64,000 bases of DNA from Mycobacteriales bacterium (GTDB lineage: Bacteria > Actinomycetota > Actinomycetes > JAFAQI01 > DASSKL01). This document shows, one piece after another, positions 59,458-64,000 of the stretch (positions are counted from its first letter, which is position 1; every line of letters starts with the position of its first letter). The DNA lies in the NCBI GenBank assembly GCA_035690485.1, contig DASSKL010000080.1, forward strand, positions 67,797 to 131,796, written 5' to 3'. The translations under genes were made by a program, and so were the position numbers. The notes beneath the pieces were generated by a model. That model was not told the DNA's origin, did not search any database, and worked only from the letters and a program-made list of their open reading frames with translations.

Positions 59458-59867
59458 CGCAGACCGCCGAGCACCCGGCCCGGATCGCCGCGCGACGCTC
59501 CATGATCGGGGCGGAGACGAAGAACCGGGAGGCCTGGCTCGCGGCGTACGCCGACGACGCCTGCATCGAGGACCCGGTCGGGCCGTCCTGGCTGGACCCG
59601 ACCGGCGCGGGCCATCGCGGCCGGGCGGCGCTCGAGGCCTTCTACGACGCGACGATCGCGACCACCGAGGCGATCCGCTTCGAGATCGTCGACTCGTTCG
59701 CGGCCGGCAACGAGGTCGCCAACGTCGGCACGATCCACATCACGCTGCCCGACGGCAAGGTCGCACGGTGCGAGGGCGTGTTCGTCTACGCGGTCAACCC
59801 CGACGGGCTGATCTCGTCGCTGCGGGCGTTCTGGGAGACCGACCGGATGATGGCGACGATCGGATGA
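59451..59867 (+). CDS. Ketosteroid isomerase-like (NTF2 fold, steroid delta-isomerase family)
   Basis: ATG overlaps the upstream stop (ATGGTGA). The sequence is of the SnoaL/KSI type (…AWLAAYADDACIEDPVG…). Confidence 0.7.
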   Translation: MVTQTAEHPARIAARRSMIGAETKNREAWLAAYADDACIEDPVGPSWLDPTGAGHRGRAALEAFYDATIATTEAIRFEIVDSFAAGNEVANVGTIHITLPDGKVARCEGVFVYAVNPDGLISSLRAFWETDRMMATIG

Positions 59868-60961
59868 CCGACGACGGCATCGTCAGCGGGGAAGCCTGGC
59901 GGGAGTTCTGCCAGACCCTGGAGAAGGCGGGCGAGATCGTGCTGCGGTCCACCGCCCCCGGGACGCCGCTCGACCGGGCCGAGGGCTTCCGCTACCTGTC
60001 CCGGCTGCTGCGCAACTCGCTCTACTCGACGATCGAGAACAGCGATCCTGACCGGCCCGCGATGCAAGGGCTCGACCTGGTGAAGATCGGCGCGGACAAC
60101 CCCGACAACGTCTACCTGTCGGCACCCGTGCGCGGCACGAACGACTACCGCATCACCGGCACTCGCGGGTCGATCGCCTACGTCAGCTTCGGGTCGAAGG
60201 CCAACCGCTACGCCAAGGACGGCACGATGGCGTCGACCGGCGAGCTGCGCAACGACTCCCTCGTCGTCGCGCCCGACGGAAGCGTCGAGATCCTCGTCAG
60301 CGCGACCCCGCAGCCGGGCAACTGGCTGCCGCTGGCCGACGACTCGACGATGGTCGTCATCCGCCAGTCCTACCTGGACCGGTCGTCCGAAGTGCCCGGC
60401 GACTACCGCATCGAGCGGCTGGGCGACCCGGTGCCGGCGCCGGGCCCGCTGACGACGCAGCACGTGGCCCGGTCGCTGCAGCGCACGGCCCTCGCGGTGA
60501 TCGGCACCGCCGCCACCTTCGCGCAGTGGACCGAGCTGTTCATGACCCGGCCCAACGAGCTGCCCGACTGGGGCCAGGAGATGTTCGCGCGCGCCGGCGG
60601 CGACCCCGAGATCTTCTACCTGCACGGTTACTGGTCGTTGCGGCCCGACGAAGCGTGGGTCATCGAGACCGACGTGCCGGACTGCCCCTACTGGAACTTC
60701 CAGCTCGACAACTGGTGGATGGAGTCGATGGACTACCGCCACCACAGGGTCACGGTCAACAAGCACACGGCCCGGCTGGATCCCGATGGCCGGCTGACAC
60801 TGGTCGTCGCTGCGTCCGACCCGGGCGTCGGCAACTGGATCGACACGACGGGGCACACCAGCGGCACCGCACTGCTGCGGTGGGTGAGTGCGACCGAGCA
60901 CCCGATCCCCACCTGCCGGGTGGTGCCGCTGCAACGGCTGCTCCCGGAGGGCCTGCGATGA
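59864..60961 (+). CDS. DUF1214 domain-containing protein
   Basis: ATGA-coupled to the upstream gene. Homologs sit in the mycobacterial KstR regulon next to a sulfotransferase. Confidence 0.75.
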   Translation: MTDDGIVSGEAWREFCQTLEKAGEIVLRSTAPGTPLDRAEGFRYLSRLLRNSLYSTIENSDPDRPAMQGLDLVKIGADNPDNVYLSAPVRGTNDYRITGTRGSIAYVSFGSKANRYAKDGTMASTGELRNDSLVVAPDGSVEILVSATPQPGNWLPLADDSTMVVIRQSYLDRSSEVPGDYRIERLGDPVPAPGPLTTQHVARSLQRTALAVIGTAATFAQWTELFMTRPNELPDWGQEMFARAGGDPEIFYLHGYWSLRPDEAWVIETDVPDCPYWNFQLDNWWMESMDYRHHRVTVNKHTARLDPDGRLTLVVAASDPGVGNWIDTTGHTSGTALLRWVSATEHPIPTCRVVPLQRLLPEGLR

Positions 60962-62112
60962 CCGCCGCCGTGGAGACGTTGCAGGTCGACGGCCTGCTGG
61001 CCGCCGCCCGCGACAAGACCGGCCTCGACGACTTCGGCGACGAGTGGTTCGTCGAGCCGCTGGGCGTGCTGGTGAAGTCCCTCAACGACGAGGCTCGCCT
61101 GTCCTCCATGGGCTTCCAGATGACGCAGCGCCGGCTGACCGCACTGCTCGTCGACCGGCTGCGGCTGCGTCGGCTGCAGCGCCAGCACCCGGAGATCCTC
61201 GACGTCGGCGTGCAGGTGGCCGCCGAGATCTGCGGGCTGCCCCGCACCGGCAGCACGTTGCTGCACCGGCTGCTCGCGGCCTCGCCCCAGCTGACCTCGA
61301 CGGCATCGTGGGAGACGTCGTACCCGCTGCCGTTCCCCGGCGAGGGCCCGGACGCCGCCGAGCGGAAATCGCGCGCCCGCAAGAAGATGGAGCTGTTCCT
61401 CGAGCTCTCCCCCGACTTCGGCGACATCCACACGGTGACGTGGGACGAGCCGGAGGAGGACATCATCCTGCTCGACCGCACGTTCGTGTCGCAGACGTTC
61501 GACTCGTTCTACTGGGTGCCGTCGTACGGCGCGTGGCTGCGGTCGTTCGACCAGGCACCGGCCTACCGCGAGCTGCGCGAGTGGCTGCAGGTGCTGCAGT
61601 GGCAGGAGCCGTCGCGGGCCGGGCAACGGTGGGTGCTGAAGTCGCCGCACCACCTGACGGCGACGTCGACCGTGCTCGACACGTTCCCCGGCTGCAAGCT
61701 GGTGATGACGCACCGGTCACCGGTGTCGGCGGTGCCGTCGTACGCGTCGATGGTCGTGGCGATGTCCTCGCAGTACAGCGAGCAGGTCGATCCGGTGGCG
61801 ATCGGCCGTTACTGGAACGACCGCTTCGTCGAGTCGCTGGGGTCGTTCACGACCGTGCGGGCGCAGCGGCCGGAGCGGTTCGTCGACGTGCAGTTCACCG
61901 ACACGCTGTCCGACCCGCTGGCAGTCGCGCGGCAGGTGCTTTCGGCACTCGGCCTGGCCTGCGGATCGGAAGACGTCGCAGCGTTCGAGGCCTACCTGGC
62001 GCGCAACCGCGAGGAGCGGCACGGCGCCCACCGCTACAGCGCCGAGGACTTCGGCCTGTCCGCGGCGCAGCTCGAAGCCGACTTCTCCTTCTACGTCGAG
62101 GAGTACCTGTGA
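60958..62112 (+). CDS. Sulfotransferase family protein
   Basis: ATGA-coupled to DUF1214. A PAPS-binding-like …GLPRTGSTLLHRLL… P-loop is present, and the sequence resembles the Stf family. Confidence 0.8.
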   Translation: MTAAVETLQVDGLLAAARDKTGLDDFGDEWFVEPLGVLVKSLNDEARLSSMGFQMTQRRLTALLVDRLRLRRLQRQHPEILDVGVQVAAEICGLPRTGSTLLHRLLAASPQLTSTASWETSYPLPFPGEGPDAAERKSRARKKMELFLELSPDFGDIHTVTWDEPEEDIILLDRTFVSQTFDSFYWVPSYGAWLRSFDQAPAYRELREWLQVLQWQEPSRAGQRWVLKSPHHLTATSTVLDTFPGCKLVMTHRSPVSAVPSYASMVVAMSSQYSEQVDPVAIGRYWNDRFVESLGSFTTVRAQRPERFVDVQFTDTLSDPLAVARQVLSALGLACGSEDVAAFEAYLARNREERHGAHRYSAEDFGLSAAQLEADFSFYVEEYL

Positions 62113-62131
62113 CCCGAAATGAGCATCCCCA

Positions 62132-62905
62132 GTGATCCTGAGCGACGAGGTAGTCGTCATCACCGGCGTCGGCGCCGGGCTCGGCGCGAAGCTGGCGGCG
62201 CGCGCCGTCGAGGAAGGTGCGCGCGTCGTCATGGCGGCCCGCTCGGCCGGCGTGATGGAGAAGATCGAGGCCGATACGGGCGGCGCGGCCATCGGCGTGC
62301 AGGGCGATGTCCGCAACGAGGAGGACTGCGCGCGGGTCATCGACGCTGCCGTCTCCCGCTTCGGGAAGGTGACCGGACTGGTCAACTCGGCCTACTCCCA
62401 TCCCGGTTTCCACGACCTGCTCGCTACTCCCGACAAGCAGCTGCGCCGCTCGCTCGACGTGATCCTGTTCGGCGCGCTGCAGATGTCGCGACTCGCTGCG
62501 CCGCACATGCGGGCCGCCGGCCACGGCTCGATCGTCAACGTCGGCACGATGACAACCCGCAAGCCGATGCGCGGCGAGGGCGGCTACGCCGTGGCCAAGG
62601 CGGCTCTGTCGTGTGCCACCCAGTTCCTCGCGCTGGAGCTCGGCGAGGCCGGCATCCGCGTCAACTCCGCCATCATGGGTTGGCTCGACGGGCCGGGCGT
62701 GCGCTTCTACCTCGAGATGACGTCCCAGGAGAAGGGCATCTCCGAGCAGGACGTCTACGACGACATCGCCTCGCGCAACCCGCTCGGCCGGATCCCCACC
62801 GACGAGGCGTGCGCCGGGTCGATCCTCTTCCTGCTGTCGCGCTACGCCTCCGAGGTGACCGGCGCGACGCTCGACGTCAACGGCGGGGAGTACATGCCGG
62901 CCTGA
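62132..62905 (+). CDS. SDR family oxidoreductase
   Basis: ITGVGAGLGA and YAVAKAA motifs. Confidence 0.85.
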   Translation: MILSDEVVVITGVGAGLGAKLAARAVEEGARVVMAARSAGVMEKIEADTGGAAIGVQGDVRNEEDCARVIDAAVSRFGKVTGLVNSAYSHPGFHDLLATPDKQLRRSLDVILFGALQMSRLAAPHMRAAGHGSIVNVGTMTTRKPMRGEGGYAVAKAALSCATQFLALELGEAGIRVNSAIMGWLDGPGVRFYLEMTSQEKGISEQDVYDDIASRNPLGRIPTDEACAGSILFLLSRYASEVTGATLDVNGGEYMPA

Positions 62906-62934
62906 CCTCCGTGTGACCACTTTCGCCCGCGTGC

Positions 62935-64000
62935 TCATGGGCTCGGACCGTCGGCCCAACCGCCGGGGCCGATCCAGCGGCCGTCGCGCAGGCGTAGCGT
63001 CTTGCGTCCGGTATGGACGTCGTGGTGGCTCTGGTGGCACAACGGCACAAGATTGTGGAGATCGGTGTTGCCGCCGTGGCGCCACCAGCGCACATGATGC
63101 GGAATCGTGCCCGGCCGCCCGCAACCGGCAACGGCGCACAGCCCACCCCACTGCGTGGCGAGCGCCAACCGCTGCGTCCTGGTCGCGTGGCGCCGCGCCC
63201 GGCCCACGTGCACCGGCCGGCCGCTGCGGTCCACCAGGATGCCCGTGATCTCGCTATCGCAGGCCAGCCTCTCGAGCGTCGCGGGCGCGATCCGCATCAG
63301 GTCACCGAGCCGAGCAGGCAACGCGCCGGGCATCCCCAGCAACGCCTCCACCTGCGCGGTAAGGGTGAGCGAGCACCCTCGCCGGCTGGGCTCAATGGCA
63401 TTCGGGGCCGTATCGGTGCCAGCTGGGTCGAGAGCCGAGGCCTCCTCAATCAGGGACCTTCCGACGGCCACCTGCTGCAACGCCGCGTGGAACGCGTCAT
63501 GATCTCGCTGCTCCCTGCTGGGCAGCTCGGCGCCGGGCTGCACTTCCTCCGCCACCGCCGGGGCGAAACGATCGAGCGACGAACGCAGCAGCGCGCCAGT
63601 GTCATCGTCGAGGAAGCCACGCAGGTGCCAGCCGCCGTCGAAGACCGGCCGCAGGACGAGATGACGCACCGAGTGCTTTCGCGCCGCTCGCTCGTCGTGC
63701 TCGACCGGCATCAGCGCGTCGACGAGGTCGGCGAGGGCCACTCGAAGGCTGCTTCCCGGTAGGCGCTCCGCCATCGCCTGCGCGATCAGGACGAACGCTT
63801 GCTCCAGACGCTGGTGGGCGCCGGTCCCCTCGACCGCGATGCGGTCAAGCTCCAACCGGGCCTCCGCGTTCTCCACCGCGTCGCCACCGAATGCGCCGGC
63901 AAGCACGTGCGTAACGCCGTCACGGATGACTGCCTGCAGCAGGTCCTCGTCCACCTTCACGGGCACTCGAGCCAGTGCAGAGGCGATCGTGTGCAGGTCC
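62935..64000 (-). CDS. DUF222 domain / HNH endonuclease (REP13E12-like), 5'-truncated by the window edge
   Basis: C-terminal HNH motif …CAVAGCGRPGTIPHHVRWWRHGGNTDLHNLVPLCHQSHHDVH…. It is a paralog of the 39040..40242 gene. Confidence 0.8.
   Translation of the reverse strand, partial: DLHTIASALARVPVKVDEDLLQAVIRDGVTHVLAGAFGGDAVENAEARLELDRIAVEGTGAHQRLEQAFVLIAQAMAERLPGSSLRVALADLVDALMPVEHDERAARKHSVRHLVLRPVFDGGWHLRGFLDDDTGALLRSSLDRFAPAVAEEVQPGAELPSREQRDHDAFHAALQQVAVGRSLIEEASALDPAGTDTAPNAIEPSRRGCSLTLTAQVEALLGMPGALPARLGDLMRIAPATLERLACDSEITGILVDRSGRPVHVGRARRHATRTQRLALATQWGGLCAVAGCGRPGTIPHHVRWWRHGGNTDLHNLVPLCHQSHHDVHTGRKTLRLRDGRWIGPGGWADGPSP

Overview
This 64-kb window is very high-GC (about 72%), consistent with an actinobacterial genome (Mycobacterium- or Nocardioides-like). 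It is densely coding, with many 1-4 nt ATGA/GTGA start-stop overlaps. Two modules are visible.

1. Stress/central-metabolism region (1..20.9 kb). It holds a CBS-domain protein, a CtpF-like P-type ATPase, a polysaccharide deacetylase lipoprotein and a SHOCT protein (all on the minus strand); a DUF4389 protein; DUF302; a universal stress protein; phosphoketolase (xfp) and acetate kinase (ackA) coupled on the plus strand; a cytochrome P450; a class IV aminotransferase; DUF488; a fatty-acid hydroxylase; a rhomboid-like protein; an MFS transporter; a three-gene GMC-oxidoreductase operon; and a Bcp-type peroxiredoxin that is translationally coupled to a VIT-family transporter.

2. Steroid (cholesterol) catabolic island (21..63 kb). 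It holds kshB and kshA with a small Cys-rich ORF between them; a MarR regulator; two acyl-CoA dehydrogenase (ACAD) pairs; the HIP-degradation set ipdA, ipdB, ipdC, echA20, fadD3 and kstR2, with CAAGnnCTTG operators; fadA, an SDR and kstD; a second KstD-like flavoprotein divergent from an IclR regulator; a fused hsaA-hsaC-hsaB-hsaE-hsaG-hsaF-hsaD operon; a ketosteroid isomerase; a DUF1214-sulfotransferase-SDR set; LLM/F420 oxidoreductases; WS/DGAT with a lipase; and four TAGAACnnGTTC KstR-type operators.

The most unusual observation is an in-frame TGA exactly at the peroxidatic-cysteine codon of the Bcp peroxiredoxin, with the downstream frame intact. This is either a selenocysteine (Sec) peroxiredoxin or a very recent nonsense mutation.

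Other points of interest:
- A translationally coupled small Cys-rich ORF sits between kshA and kshB.
- Two DUF222/HNH (REP13E12-like) paralogs flank the catabolic segment, with a lower-GC junction.
- A CsoR/RicR-like TACCCC-N2-GGGGTA palindrome lies before DUF302.
- A perfect 16-bp palindrome lies before the USP gene.
- A MarR and an IclR regulator are embedded in the KstR-wired operons.

The many long Arg/Gly/Pro-rich ORFs on alternative frames are high-GC shadow ORFs. All coordinates come from the ORF track plus manual codon reading and may be off by about 1 nt in places.
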